64,000 nucleotides of DNA from Amoebophrya sp. A120 (taxonomy: Eukaryota; Protista; Dinoflagellata). The notes under the pieces are model-generated. The model was not told the DNA's origin. It was given only the letters and a program-made list of their open reading frames with translations, and made no database searches. The DNA is taken from the NCBI GenBank assembly GCA_905178155.1, contig CAJINV010000002.1, positions 1,919,216 through 1,983,215 of the forward strand. Direction: 5' to 3'. This document shows, in pieces, positions 1 to 12,120 of this stretch. The translations under genes and the position numbers were made by a program. Within the stretch, counting starts at the first letter, position 1, and the number at the start of each line of letters is the position of its first letter.

Positions 1-15
1 TCTTGACAGCGTATT

Positions 16-1019
16 TCATCCAAGTCCAACTCCAACCACAACTCCGAAACACACGAAGAAATACAGAACTATTCCCAGAGGTGGACCCAAGAAAGGACAG
101 CGTGTTTGCATCCCATACTCAATTTTGTCAAACGGTCCGAAGCAGTACACATCTGCACGACCTCCGCTGGCGTTGTCGATCTTATCAAATGCAAATATCG
201 ATCTGGGTCTGGAAGGCGAAGGATGCAAGGTCTGGCGTCCTCATGCATATTTTGCATGACCCATGAGGTCTGGAATGTAGGACATAGCATGACAGATTCT
301 GTGAGAGTTCTATCATGCCTATCCTGCATGAGAAACTGCCTCTGAACTAGGTCAACAAAAGTGGGCAGCTTTTGGTAACTATGCAACACATGTTTTTACA
401 TGATTCAGGTTCAGCATGACAAGTTGCTTTGTTCCAGACCCAAACATATTAATTTGCATTTGATAGATCTCGTCCGGGTACAGTCCGCTCGCCGCACCAT
501 CCTATCCACTGCAAAAAGTATCGCACTCGTAGTAATTGCTGTTATCTTCTTCACGCATGAGATGAAATCTCACACTCTAGCTTTGCCTGATCCACCATGA
601 CAAGAAACTGCATTTATTTTCTACAGTTCGGAAAATTTCAATTTGTAATGCAATTTATATATACTAGTACGTGTACGATACTGTTTTGCAATGCATACGT
701 CCTTCAGGATGTGAACGGCTTCCTCCTTCGCGTTGAACAGCCCAATCATGCCGGAATCACAGGAGAAGAGGTTACCCGCGAGGCCCTCAACCGACTTGGA
801 AAACCCGATGGAAGGACAGGTCGCAGAAACGTCGTTGGCAGATGCAGCTTGGCCATCGGCAGAAAGCTTTTGCTGGTTTTCGCGTTCATGTTCTTCTGCG
901 TTGACCACCATGCTGGCAGCCAGTTGTGCCGTGTCAGCGGAGGCTGCGAGCAGGAGACCGGCAGCAGACGCGGAACGGTACTTGCTACGCATGGGCAACG
1001 TGGGATGGTGGTGCGACAT
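16..1019 (-). CDS. Hypothetical ~171-aa membrane protein (hydrophobic N-terminal stretch, C-terminal TM); 2 introner introns
   Basis: Removing 503-697 and 183-465, each plus one 5-bp TSD, gives 516 nt in frame: ...HILKDGAASGLYPDEIDNASGG...LGIVLYFFVCFGVVVGVGLG*. Start codon choice is uncertain. Confidence 0.65.
183..465. mobile_element. Introner family A (283 bp)
   Basis: TIR tatcaaatgcaaa..tctgggtctggaa; TSD gatct/gatct. Confidence 0.9.
503..697. mobile_element. Introner family B (195 bp)
   Basis: TIR tatccactgcaaaaagtatcg; TSD catcc/cgtcc. Confidence 0.85.
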
Positions 1020-1684
1020 GGCTACTCTGCCGTACAATGATGAAAGCTGTTTTATTCAAAAATTGGCGCAAAGACGGCAAGAGCCGGTAGAGCTAGAGAA
1101 AGTAAAAATTACTGTGTAGCGACGAATGTATAGAGATGCTCAGGAATAATCTTGGCTGTCTGAAAAAGGGGTACTGCTGCAAGGGGGCAGCTAGTTGCAT
1201 GTCCTGGTCTGATCAATTTTTTCAAAGCTGTTGTACTGTCGCTCTTGCCTTAGTGGTTTCGCTAGCAGGCGTGAAAGACATGATCTATCGAGAACGAATT
1301 ACCTTTATTAGAGCCGGAGCTTATACACAAAAACGAGTAAGGAAGAACGAAACGAAAAGGAGGCAAAAATGCGACGAACACCAGGAACAAAATTAATGAC
1401 GAAGACGACAGCGCGCTTTCCTTTTTGAGGAACGAAAACGAAAAATTCTACTACAGGTGGACGGACGATGGAATCGAAAGCAGAATGTCAACGAAAATGC
1501 AACGGTCTTCTCGCGAATATGAGTAGCAACCTTGGCATCACATGAGGCAACAAACCACGTTGCAGAACAAGGCACTCCTGTGCGAAGGGTAAGTACAAGG
1601 CGACCAGGGCACGAGTGGCCCTTGCTCCTCGGGGAATGTTAAAATCTGGCAGCCGACAACGACCGGCAACAGAGTCGTTTCGGC

Positions 1685-2460
1685 CATGATATTACGGCGG
1701 CCAAACCCTTCGCCGGGCGGCAAAGCTGACGAGTTTGTCTCGGCTATCGGCCGCACGCTTTGGCGCTAGGTAGCACCCACAAGCATGCGGCAAAACGGTG
1801 CGCGCCTGATTTGCTGATCGCGATATCACGCCAGCTGCCCCTCCACCACGGGCGCCAATACAAACACGCGGCGGACGCCAGTGGCAGAGCGTGCGGGCGC
1901 AGCCGCGGAGGCTACGAGGGTTCCGGCCCAACGAACAGAAAGTCCCTGGCGCAGGCCCAGCAGACCGAAGCACTTCGCTAAGCCAAGCGACACAGGCCCC
2001 CCGGCGAGAGTGGGGGCGGCCCAGGCCGGCTGCCGGGCCAGCCTGGGGCCGCCCCCCCTCGTCCTTTCGGCAAAAGCGAGCGGCCACGCGCGCCCGGCCC
2101 GCCACCCCAGGGGAAAAGCACAGACACAGGCACAGGCGGCGCGGCACTAGGTTGGTAGCTCTTTTCGTCGTTCGGCGGTCGCGGTTTCGTCAGTTCCGCG
2201 GCGCTGTCCACCGCGCCGGGCACCCGGTCCGTTCACGTATTCAACGAGCGCTGCTACGGTGGCGGGCGCCAGCCGTCAGCCAATACGTAGATGGCCAACA
2301 AGGCCACGCCGGCGCTATCTCCTCAATACTGCGGAGAGATACAACGCCACGGCGCCGGCGCCGCTGCACTAGCTCCCGGGCGCGGGGGGACTGCAAAGAC
2401 AAGGCAGGGCCTGGAGACGGCCCCCCGCCTGGCGGCCGGTGATGTGATGGGACGCCGGAG
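1685..2460. other. GC-rich non-coding intergenic island
   Basis: Abrupt GC/CpG-rich block with G/C runs punctuated by short A-tracts; boundaries approximate. Confidence 0.6.
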
Positions 2461-3154
2461 CACGTAAGAACAACAACAAAAGCCGCCGCCTCTCCTCCTC
2501 TTGCTTCTAACAAGTGGCGCGCTTTGCTTTCGCGTTTTTCGTTTTGCAAACAAGATGAAGACTACATGGCCGACAAAGCAGATGCAGAAGGTCCTCTCGC
2601 ACGGATAATACATAATAGTTGCTCCAAGCTCAAATGGAAACATCCCTCACTCGACTGCTCACATCTTCCTCTTCGTATACGAAAATAGAAGTGCTATTAT
2701 TTTCTTTCAGCCTTGTGCCGGTTCTCCTTCCCCCTCAAAAAAGCGTACATGTCGTGGAACAACAGAAGCCGTGCCCCTGCAGCATCAAATCAAAATATTG
2801 ATTCACGACAAAAACCCAGGGCACGATGGTGATATTAACACTCGTTCCGCTAGGGCACCATTGCGCGTTGAAAATATTCCGCGTCCACCAACTACAACCG
2901 TATTCAGGTGGTCTTGCGTAGTACTCTAATATTCACAGTCTCGACCAAAACTTGTGAATGTCATGTCGATGTCGCTTGAAAATTATCTCGCTACTGAATT
3001 TTCAATGTATCCATATAAATCAGGTTTTCATTTTCAAAAGTATCGTCGTTTTGAGTCCACTTGTTCGCCACTTAGAAGTGATTCGTTGGATTCATCTTCT
3101 TGAGAAACTACTACAGTCCGGTCTTATCCGCCAACACAGTTCATGTTTAATGCT

Positions 3155-6100
3155 CTATGACAGCGCCTCCAAGAACGTCATATTCCGGATGTCGTTCGGT
3201 ACCAAAAAGTAGTTACTCGGCAACGGCGGCACGTCGGGCATCGCGACGTGGAGAATCCCTTCGCTGATATCAATCCCCGTGACGAGGATGTATCCCGCGA
3301 GCTGCATGTACTGCAAATCTTCCTCGGATTGCGCCCGGATGACGGCGAGGGCGGGAATATGGAGGTGAAAGAAATTTTGGTTTGAGGAGGTGTCGTAGTC
3401 TGGCATGCCGTTGGAGGACATTCATCAAATGTTATTTTTTCATATGCAGCATACATAGGTTTCGAGTCCTACAACATGTTCTTGACAGTCTTACGACACC
3501 TCAACTACCAACATCAAAGCTTTCTCTTTCATAGGTGTGAATCAGCTCAGAAAGCCGTGTGCGGTCAAACACCGAAGTTGCTGTTTTGATTTTTTTTGTC
3601 ATGCAGAAATCAATAGCAAATGCCATCAATGGCGACATGGACATTTGTTTCTGATGCGCGATACTACGTGCATAACATGATCTGTCATGCATAAGAGCTC
3701 AGAGGAAAAAAATCATGGAGGTACTCAATTGCGGGAAACTGCGGATGTTTCCGTCCATGTCGGATCGGTATTCTAGCCTTGTCGTGTCGCTTATCGAAGG
3801 AAAAAGATTTGTCATGCGGAGCTTGCATTATGCTGGTTTTCTGTTCTTCATTTGTGCATGACAAGTTGAACCTATAATTTCAGGGCTCGCAGATACATGC
3901 TGACGGTCACCGTTGTTCCAATACTGCATTGCTTGTCCTACAAGAAAAACCAGATAAAGATAACACTCTGCGAGCGCCCGCCCATGACAAATTCGATCCT
4001 CCTTCCCATACACTGGAGCAAATTGACTTGGTGAAGAGGAAAGGAGCCGTGGTAAGCCGTGAGGGGTACAAATTGCTGCAGCACGAGGGGAAGCTCTTCG
4101 CCAGGCTGGGGAAAGGGGAAACCTGGTTTAGATTTGATGGAACGCGCATAACAAATGCCGACTTGAGGGAGCCACGACTTGCATCACATATTTTCATCTT
4201 GATCTTTCGCTGAGTGATCAAATGGAACGAACACGCATGAAGAGAGACCCCACACAACACAAAAATCAGAAATTCTTCATAACAAATACCGTTGCTAATC
4301 GGCGACACGCCCTGGAAGTACTCCCGCATCCTCATGTGCCTCTGCATCCGCAGCGTCTGCGCGTCTTCGTGGAACGCCCCGTCGGTTTTGTCGATAAACG
4401 CCACGTCGACGTTTTCGGTCTCGAACGCTTTGCGCAGTTTATCGGCTAAGATGTGGTCGTCGATGCAGAGAATGGTGTCGATGTAAAATTGCCGAACCAG
4501 GGTCTGGAGGATATCCACAGTCGGGGTGCTAGGCGCGTTTAGGATGAGCCCGGATTGGGAGATGCGCTTGACATCTGTATGTGTGATTTAGATTTTGTAT
4601 GTGTGGTTTTGTAAATACGGAGTGAGAGTGTCGAGTTCGAGGAGAGCAGTACAGATTTGGCTTTAGATAATGGAACCGCATGAAGACATCCTGACTTCGC
4701 CTATACCTTCCGACATCTCCAGTTCTAGCTGGTGTTTCTTCAACTCCTTCGCCGTATTTGCGTTGCTGTTCGCGATTACTTGGTCCAAGAAAGAGCTCCC
4801 CATCAGCTTCTTATTTACCACCGTCGCGAGCCTGCTGCAGACCTGCTCGTACAACGGTATGTTGTCGCTCCACTGCATGTTGCCGTAGAAAAACGTTATC
4901 CTCTTTGTCTGCTCCTCCTCCAGAAATTTCGGTATTGCGCAGTGCACGCAACTCGGCAACCCTTTCAAAGGCTCTGAGACCGAAGCCGTATACCTGGTAT
5001 CTGTTTCGACGTACAAAGGCGTCCTCGCCCTTCTTATCGCGTAGTGCCAGAGGATTTCCGACACTACCGATTTCCCACTCCCTATCCTATGTAAAAACGT
5101 CCCCACCCCAAAGTTGTCATGTAGATTTGCAAGCACAAGAGCATTTGTATATGCGCATCCCCATGAGAGACATTTCCCATCGTGTTTTGGAACTTGTAAT
5201 GCTGCAAAAAGGATAAGGAGATGGATTTGTTATGCGGCTTCTCTTGCTAAGCTGTCCTCCAGTGCAGCCTGCAACTTGTCATGCGTGATCCCTAAAACTT
5301 CAAGTTTTGTGTTGCAAAATCCCCATCTTGACTCTGGGGTGGTGACGCGTTTACTCAGGATACTCCCGTCTGACCCACACACCATCACCCGCGGTGCCGC
5401 CGCGCCGACTTCTATATCCTGCGTAAAAACGTCCCCGCCCCAGAGTTGTCATGCGAATGTGCAATGACAGGAACATTTGTAATGCGCATCTCCTCGAGAG
5501 GCATTTCTAGTCGTGTTTTGTAATGCTATAAACAGAATGAGTAAATGTATTCCTCATGTGGCTTTCCTTTCTAACCAGCACTACACTGCAGATGGAAGCT
5601 TGTCATGCAGAACTGCCAAAACTCGGAGATTTGTGTTGCAGATTTCCCATCTTCACTATGGTGTGGGGGCGTTTTTACGTAGGATATTCTATGGCGCGAA
5701 TTCGTCTCCTCTCGATGACCGCGGCGCAGTTTGCGTACTGGTTCATCTGGGGGTTTGCCGCGGCGAATTCCTGCACTGTTGGCCCGGTGATCTGCAAAGT
5801 GCAGCCCCGCCAGGTGTAGAAGCCGGACCGGGAGCCGGGGAGAATGGAATATTCTTGCTCAATTACCATTTCCTTCCCGAAAATCTCCGCGGTTCTGGTT
5901 GGGTCCGGCCCTCGTTCGCTGTGGCAGACCTTCACAGTCACCGGGTCGTAGAGTTTGTCGTCCACTAAAACGCGGTATTCCGTACCGGCGTCAAGCTCTA
6001 TGCGCCGGGATCGGGGGACTTCCTGTGTTTCATTTGTTTTTGGATCATGATAAAAGTGGGCGTGATGAAGAGGCACGGTGCAATTCTTGCTCCCATGGTG

Positions 6101-7545
6101 CAACAGCCATTGAGTGTGACGTTTGTAGTGCTTTCTCATCCAGTTGCAGCATACCGTCATAAACAGAATCACATTCACACAAGGTTGTTCTCAAGATCGC
6201 ATTCAGCAGCATCCTTACCCTCGGCTCTGCCGCAGATTCTATCCCCGCCGTGCTGGTCATCCCTCGATTTGTCTTGCTAACCTCCGATGTGAAGTCCGGT
6301 ATTGGCATGAGCCCCGTGCTATCAAATGCAAATATGTCTGGGTCTGGAAGAGGACAAGTTTGTCATGCACATTTTCCATGGTCTACGATGTCTGTTATGC
6401 ATGCCCGCCTAGCATCACAGATTTTCTGAGCGCTTATCGATGCGCATCCCGCATGACAAATGCCCTATCCGTGTAGGCAAATTTGACTGCTCTTGCTGCT
6501 CGTGCAATACAGATTTTTTTTAGCATCCCAATGCAGCATCACAAGTTGCACTGTTCCACCTTCCAGACCCAGACATATTTGCCGTTGATACGTGCCAAAG
6601 GAGCTAGTGTTGCCCCCCTGGGAAGAAGCGTTATCGAAAGACGTCAGTAAGTTTGGGTTCGAAGCCGCACCCGCCGAGCTGGCACTGCCCCCACCATGAC
6701 TGCCCTTCTTGTGTCCGCCCTTGTTATGCTGTCCTCCCCCGCCGTGTTTGTCAAATGACGGCCGGTTGTGTTGTTGAAGGTGGTGCTGTTGACCTCGTGC
6801 TCCACCGTGGGGCGAAGGCTGTTGCTGGTGCTGCTGGTGCTGCCCCCCTGGCGAGGGTTGTGCACTGGGATTGCCGCTTCCAGCCGCGCTTCCGCCTAAT
6901 AACGGTTGTAATGTCGGTATGCAAGAAAAAAACTGCGTAAGTGTAAATTTGTGTTGCAGAAGATGCAACAGAGTTCCACTAGTCATGCCAGACAGCCACG
7001 AAATCCTCTTTTCATGTGTGTTTTCCCTTACAAACCATGCATGACAGGTTTTCTCTGTCATGTAGAGCAAATTTGTGATGCTGTTCCTCGAAGAAAGTTA
7101 CACCTACACACTTTTTTTCCTGGATAGTCGGGCTGGACTTGATTTTCCGTGCGAGTTCTTCCATGGAGGTTTATCAAATGCAAAAATGTCTGGGTCTGGA
7201 AGATTGCAGCCTGTCATGCTAAATCTGCAGCATGCAAAAATCTGTGTTGCATGATTACCAAAAGTCGTCCAGTTTTACCCAAGTCGGGAGGGAGTTTCTC
7301 ATGCAGGATAGGCATGAGAAAGGTCTCGCAGAATCTGTCATGCTAGGTCCTGCATTCCAGACCTCATGGGTCATGGAAAAGCAGCATGACAAATCGCGCA
7401 TTCTTCCAGACCCAGACATTTTTACATTAGATAAGGTTTGATCCGCAGCTGCGACGTTGGTCGGGTCGAACCCGGACTGCGAAACACCCGCGGCAGAAAA
7501 GGCCTGCGACAATAGGTCGCCTAGACCGTCAGGGGCGCCAGACAT
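3155..7545 (-). CDS. CLP1: Polyribonucleotide 5'-hydroxyl kinase / cleavage factor Clp1 (~675 aa) with Q/H/G-rich N-terminal extension; 7 introners + 4 GT-AG introns
   Basis: N-domain ELDAGTEYRV...AEIFGKEM...FYTWRGCTLQITG, Walker A PRVMVCGSDGSGKS, SGLILNAP, RMREYFQG, C-domain LIHTALAVIRA...LAGYILVTGID...LPSNYFLV. GT-AG introns at 6023-6218, 4575-4706, 4123-4289, 3581-3724. Spliced length 2028 nt = 676 codons. Confidence 0.88.
3358..3533. mobile_element. Degenerate introner (176 bp)
   Basis: tatg...cata ends, weak TIR, decayed TSD gggaa/ggtgt; element+5 removal restores LIHTALAV. Confidence 0.65.
3792..4010. mobile_element. Degenerate introner (219 bp)
   Basis: tatcgaagg..atttgtcatg / catgacaaat..ccttcccata; TSD decayed; element+5 keeps the frame. 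Confidence 0.65.
5083..5362. mobile_element. Introner family G (280 bp), inside the Clp1 Walker A
   Basis: TIR tatcctatgtaaaaacgtcccca; TSD ctccc/ctccc. Confidence 0.9.
5415..5686. mobile_element. Introner family G (272 bp)
   Basis: TIR tatcctgcgtaaaaacg; TSD ttcta/ttcta. Confidence 0.9.
6320..6590. mobile_element. Introner family A (271 bp)
   Basis: Family A TIR; TSD cgtgc/cgtgc. Confidence 0.92.
6918..7126. mobile_element. Introner family F (209 bp)
   Basis: TIR tatgcaagaaaaaaactgcgtaagtgtaa; TSD gtcgg/gtcgg. Confidence 0.9.
7172..7433. mobile_element. Introner family A (262 bp)
   Basis: Family A TIR; TSD aggtt/aggtt; interior inverted relative to 183-465. Confidence 0.92.
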
Positions 7546-8358
7546 TTTTTCGCAAAGGGCTTGTATAGCTTCAAAAGAGAGTGAGTAGCGTCTCTTACTC
7601 CTTTACAACCATATCACCCTTCCAAGTAGGGGTGCATCGAGTGCAACCACAAACACCGTTGTGTCATTTGTAAGTAGATACTGTTAGCTAGTCGTGAGAA
7701 AAACCTGGCCAGGCACGATATGTTGCTGGGAATAAATCAAAAAAAAGACAGCCCAATACCAATGGAGCGAAAGAAGTGCTGGCCTGATGACGTACAAAAA
7801 ATCAAAAGTAGTTGTCGCTGGTGCCATAGAAGTAAACAAAATCGATTCGATCTAGGGGAAAAGAGAAAATGGGAACTACTTACAACTACATCAGAAGATC
7901 TCAGTCATTGGCGTTCGTCTTCCTTGTTCACTATTTGTTCAGGCACCTATCAAGAAAGAGTAAAAGAGATCGAAGCTTGCTTAGCTTGCGCTGATGTCTG
8001 GTGACGCTCATCTGCCTCTAAAACGGGTGCAGAGAATGATCTTTTTTGTCGCAACAAGAAATGTTCTGCTCCTTAGCAAGAACGCGTTCTGCAACTGCAA
8101 ACATAGATCAACAGAAATCACAAGGACAGCAGGTGATCGTTGAACGTTCTGGCGCAGCTACGAAGTGATCGAACACCTTGGACGATCTTGTGAAATAGAC
8201 CTGCAGTGGCTCTTCATCTCGCCCTTGTAGTTGGGCGCCAATTTATTGTTTCAAGAAAAGCGTTGTAATTATTGTGATTGAGCATGTCACCAACCTTTCA
8301 GTCCAAAATCATCGTTTCTACTGGAGGTTTTTAGAAAGCTATTGAAAAAATAACTTCT

Positions 8359-9043
8359 TCATGCGAGCTGTCCGCAGTCCGCGATCACTACTGGCTTCAT
8401 GGTTTTTCCGCTGCTGGACCCGCAATTTTCGATTTTTTTCAGCACCATCATCCCCAACTCGCCATTCGACACTTCGCCAAATACCGTGTGCTTCCCATCC
8501 AACCAATCCGTTTTTACCAAACAGAGGAAAAATTGCGATCCGTTTGTATCTTTCCCCGCGTTTGCCATGGAGAGTATTCCCGGGCCGGTGTGCTTTAAAG
8601 TGAAGTTCTCATCTGGAAACTTCATGCCGTAAATTGACTCACCACCGGTGCCGTTGCCGACGGTGAAGTCACCCCCTTGGCACATAAAACCGGGTATGAC
8701 GCGGTGAAAGGTCGTGTTTTTGTAGTGGAGGGGCTTGCCGGATGTGCCGATACCTGCGGTTTACAAATTTGGAGGGATGATGCAAAGATGCTGATTGTGG
8801 ACAACTACTCTGTGCCTGTGATAGAAAGCCGGCAACCTCAAAGTACTTCGTGATGCACGATATAAACCACGCAAAAATGAAATCCGTACCTTTCTCCCCT
8901 GTGCAGAGTGCCCGGAAGTTTTCGCAGGTTTTTGGCGCGTGGTCTGTTCTGAGCGTGATTTCGATTCTCCCGGCTGGTTCCTTCCCAATCATCATGTCGA
9001 AAAAAACGACGGGGAGGGAGTCTTGGTCGTGCTGTTCCGCCAT
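8359..9043 (-). CDS. Cyclophilin-type peptidyl-prolyl cis-trans isomerase (182 aa); one GT-AG intron 8754-8889
   Basis: [14 protein letters not shown]...[27 protein letters not shown]...[27 protein letters not shown]...[15 protein letters not shown]...WLDGKH.VFG. Confidence 0.97.
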
Positions 9044-9672
9044 TTTGTCTGAAGGTAGTTCTGGTTGCTGGCGTTTCGGTTCCTTCTGCTTCGAGAAAGT
9101 CGCTACAAAAATTAAAATGGTCGGCTCAGAGTCGAAAGACACATCAATCTAAAATCTAGTATCACGACGACGTACGAGGGTTCATTCGATTGTTGTTTGT
9201 GTATCTCCTGTAAAGTCAAGGAAGAATAGGTGTTTATTGAAAAAGCGAATTTCTGCTCTCAGCAAAATCATCCTGCATGTGAGGCAAATTTACCACACCA
9301 ACAAGAACCTATCAGCAGATCTCAGTATACTACAACCTATTGCGATCTTCAGTGCGCAGTTTGCTGATAGCTGATGGGCATCACGTGAAGATCTCAATGT
9401 ACGGATCTCAATGTTCTGATCACCCCACCGTTGACGTTGTGCGACATGTATTGGGGAACTGAAGACGATGTTGATCTAAGAACCACAACATGTGGTTTCT
9501 CATGAGGCCCACATTCTTCGTTACGTATACCTTCGCAGCAAGTTTGAGGCATAGACTGTGAGCGCGTTACTGTACTTAAATGTAATTGTCGTGTGTCGCT
9601 ACTAGAGTAATGCTGGCGTCCTGTCCATTATACATTGGCGGGAGCTGCGTGGTCATCAACATAGATCCGTTA

Positions 9673-10626
9673 CTATATGTACTCCCCTGCAGTTTCTAGC
9701 ATTCGATAGCGTACTTTCTTCCTTTCTGGTCCTTCCTTCGCGTTCGCTTCACTTCTACCTGGAATATCTGCTGTCGCAGCTGTCTCGCCATCCTGATAAT
9801 CTGCTTGTGCTTCTTCGAAAAACGCCAAATAAATCTTTTTCTTCACGTGCTGCGCGATCCGGCCGTAGGAGATCAAATCCAAAGGCTTCAACTCCTCCAA
9901 CTGCTCCTTTTCCAGACATTTCACCAAAAAATACCCGTGCGCGTTGATCGGGTCCGTGGCGTAGACGACGAAATCCACGCCGTGAGACGTGATTGCGGAC
10001 TTTACGAAGAAATTTGTGTTTTGGAGTAAGTCGTGCAGTACGGCGGTGCGCAGTGGCGTTGTCGTGTCTGTTTCCCTCGGTGACGAGCCAAGAACATGAT
10101 CTTCCGACCATCTGTTTGGTTTCTCCGCGTGTCGTGTGTGCTGCTCCTCATCGTCTGTCGAAAGATACCTCGGATGGTGCGCTTGCAGCCGCACGATGGA
10201 TGTTTTGACTTGTTCAGCAGGGGTCGTGCCTGTGCCTACACTCAAAACATCATGTGGCTCGCTTCTCCCAAGAACAGGCTGGGGCCGTGAGAAGCTACTT
10301 GACGATGAAGACGAGCTCACTGCTGCTGCCTGCGTCGGTCCTCGCTCGGGTGAGGTGACTTTCCTTCGCTTGTTGCTTTTATCATCAAGATCCTCCGGCT
10401 CCGGGTCGGCATCTCGCTCTGCATCGGCGGTTCTCCCCGTAGTCCGGTCAGCAGATGCAGAGCTCTTTGCCCTGCCCGCACTATTCCTTTCCGTCACCTC
10501 GTAGAAGAACGGCGGGCCGAGCTGCAAGTTTTGCTGTTTGGCGTTCGGAAGACAACCTATTTCCGTTCCGACGATGTTCTCGTCCTTTCGGATGCGGAAG
10601 TGCTCGGCGATCGCAAAGTTGAGCAT
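9673..10626 (-). CDS. SEN34: tRNA-splicing endonuclease catalytic subunit, Sen34-like (start may lie further upstream)
   Basis: N-terminal IVGTEIGCLPNAKQQNLQLGPP resembles the Sen34 IVGxLxGxLP..PQQN..LGLP block. C-terminal nuclease domain DFVVYATDPINAHGYFLV...LDLISYGRIAQHVKKKIYLA retains the Tyr/His/Lys triad. Confidence 0.85.
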   Translation of the reverse strand: MLNFAIAEHFRIRKDENIVGTEIGCLPNAKQQNLQLGPPFFYEVTERNSAGRAKSSASADRTTGRTADAERDADPEPEDLDDKSNKRRKVTSPERGPTQAAAVSSSSSSSSFSRPQPVLGRSEPHDVLSVGTGTTPAEQVKTSIVRLQAHHPRYLSTDDEEQHTRHAEKPNRWSEDHVLGSSPRETDTTTPLRTAVLHDLLQNTNFFVKSAITSHGVDFVVYATDPINAHGYFLVKCLEKEQLEELKPLDLISYGRIAQHVKKKIYLAFFEEAQADYQDGETAATADIPGRSEANAKEGPERKKVRYRMLETAGEYI

Positions 10627-11179
10627 GATGGTTTTTCGTATTTTTCGTGCTAAAGCAGCTGATCCGACTTTGTTATCATGGGCTCAATCACCCCTACTAC
10701 TTGCAAGGTGAAGGCGAAGGGCAACGAGAAACACAACAGTCGACTTCGACTTTCGATTATTTTACTAGTTTCCTCTACAAAACATACTTGATCAGTGGCG
10801 CTGAGGAGTAAGCAACAAGAGCATAAGCAGTTTTTTCTTTCCGCATCAATGATCTTCGGTGCTGGGACACAAGCAGAAACGAAGGGCGTGCGCAGGAGGC
10901 GCACTTCTCCTTTTGCTCCTTCCGTCGATCGGTCGATCATTCACGATCACGCTTCGTCATTCTTACTGCATTTTTACAGAACGTCCACGAAAATCAAGAT
11001 CTTTGATTGGCGAAATATGATCGGCGCTGCACTGCGCTGTCTCGTCACTGCGTTCTCAGCGGTAGGCCACTTCTGTCCACTGAGTTTGAACACATCCCAC
11101 ACAAAACATTCCCGTGGCCATGACCATTGACAGCTTCAAGAATACTTACGAGCGACGCCATACCCGAAAGCGCCACGGC

Positions 11180-12120
11180 TACTTGCGACCGCCCCGCGGA
11201 GCGAATCCCGTGGCCTGGCAGCACGCAGAATGAGCAGGGGCCCGAAGAGAAACACATACGCCGCTGGGGAACGCAGGCAAGGCTGCAAACAAAGAAATGC
11301 CGGCCCGACCTGTCCGCCCGGCGCCTTCCGAGAAACATCCCGGCCCGCGACAAACGCCCGGCGCCTGCGCCCGCCCAGGCGCCCCACGGTGGGCAGGGCA
11401 GCGCGCGACAGGAAATTTCGCCAGCCCACCGGGCCGGGCGGCCCTCAAGGTCGGTAGGCGCGAGACACCGCCCGGGCGCGCGGCGAGCCCGGCGGGCGAC
11501 CAGGCCACCAGCTTTGGGCGCAGGCCGTCACTGTGGCGCCGGCAAACAAGGGCGCCGATAAGGCGCGCGGGCCGGCCAGGCGGCCAAATAGGACGGGCCC
11601 GGGCGCAAGAAAACGGCACAGGGGGGGGGGGGCGCGCGCTCCCTCGTCTCAACCATCGGCCTGGCGCAGTGCCGTTCATCTGGCTCTGTTTTATGCGTCG
11701 CGCGCGTCTCCCATTTCGCGGGTGCGGGCTTTCTTGACGAGCCGCGCCGCCCCGCCCGCGCCGGCCGGCCCAAAGAAAACGGGCGGGGGGCGGCCCCGAA
11801 GAGGGGCGGGCGGGGCGCGCGCCACAGGGCAACAGGCGCCGGCAAACAAATCACCACGCGGGCGCATGCCGCGCTGTTCTCGAAGGAATTTCTCGCACTC
11901 CATAACTGACTCGACTCCCGAGCCTGCCGCGGTGTGGGGGGTTGCGCCCCATGTTTTTACGATGTTTCATCTTTCGAGCAAGAAAACATAAGGGGCGGGC
12001 GGTCTGCCGTCTCTGGGCGCTGCCCTGCGCGCGGGCGCCGCGCGCGGCTGGGCGCGGCGTGTTGCGCTAGACGGGGGGCGCAATGCGGAGCGGGGGCGCC
12101 CGACCTCCCGACTGCTTCCC
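11180..12120. other. GC-rich non-coding intergenic island
   Basis: Same composition; upstream of SEN34; boundaries approximate. Confidence 0.6.

Noticed and set aside
10650-10940. Possible upstream coding exon of SEN34 ending at a gtatgt donor
   Set aside because: Could not identify a convincing in-frame acceptor or homology; left unresolved.
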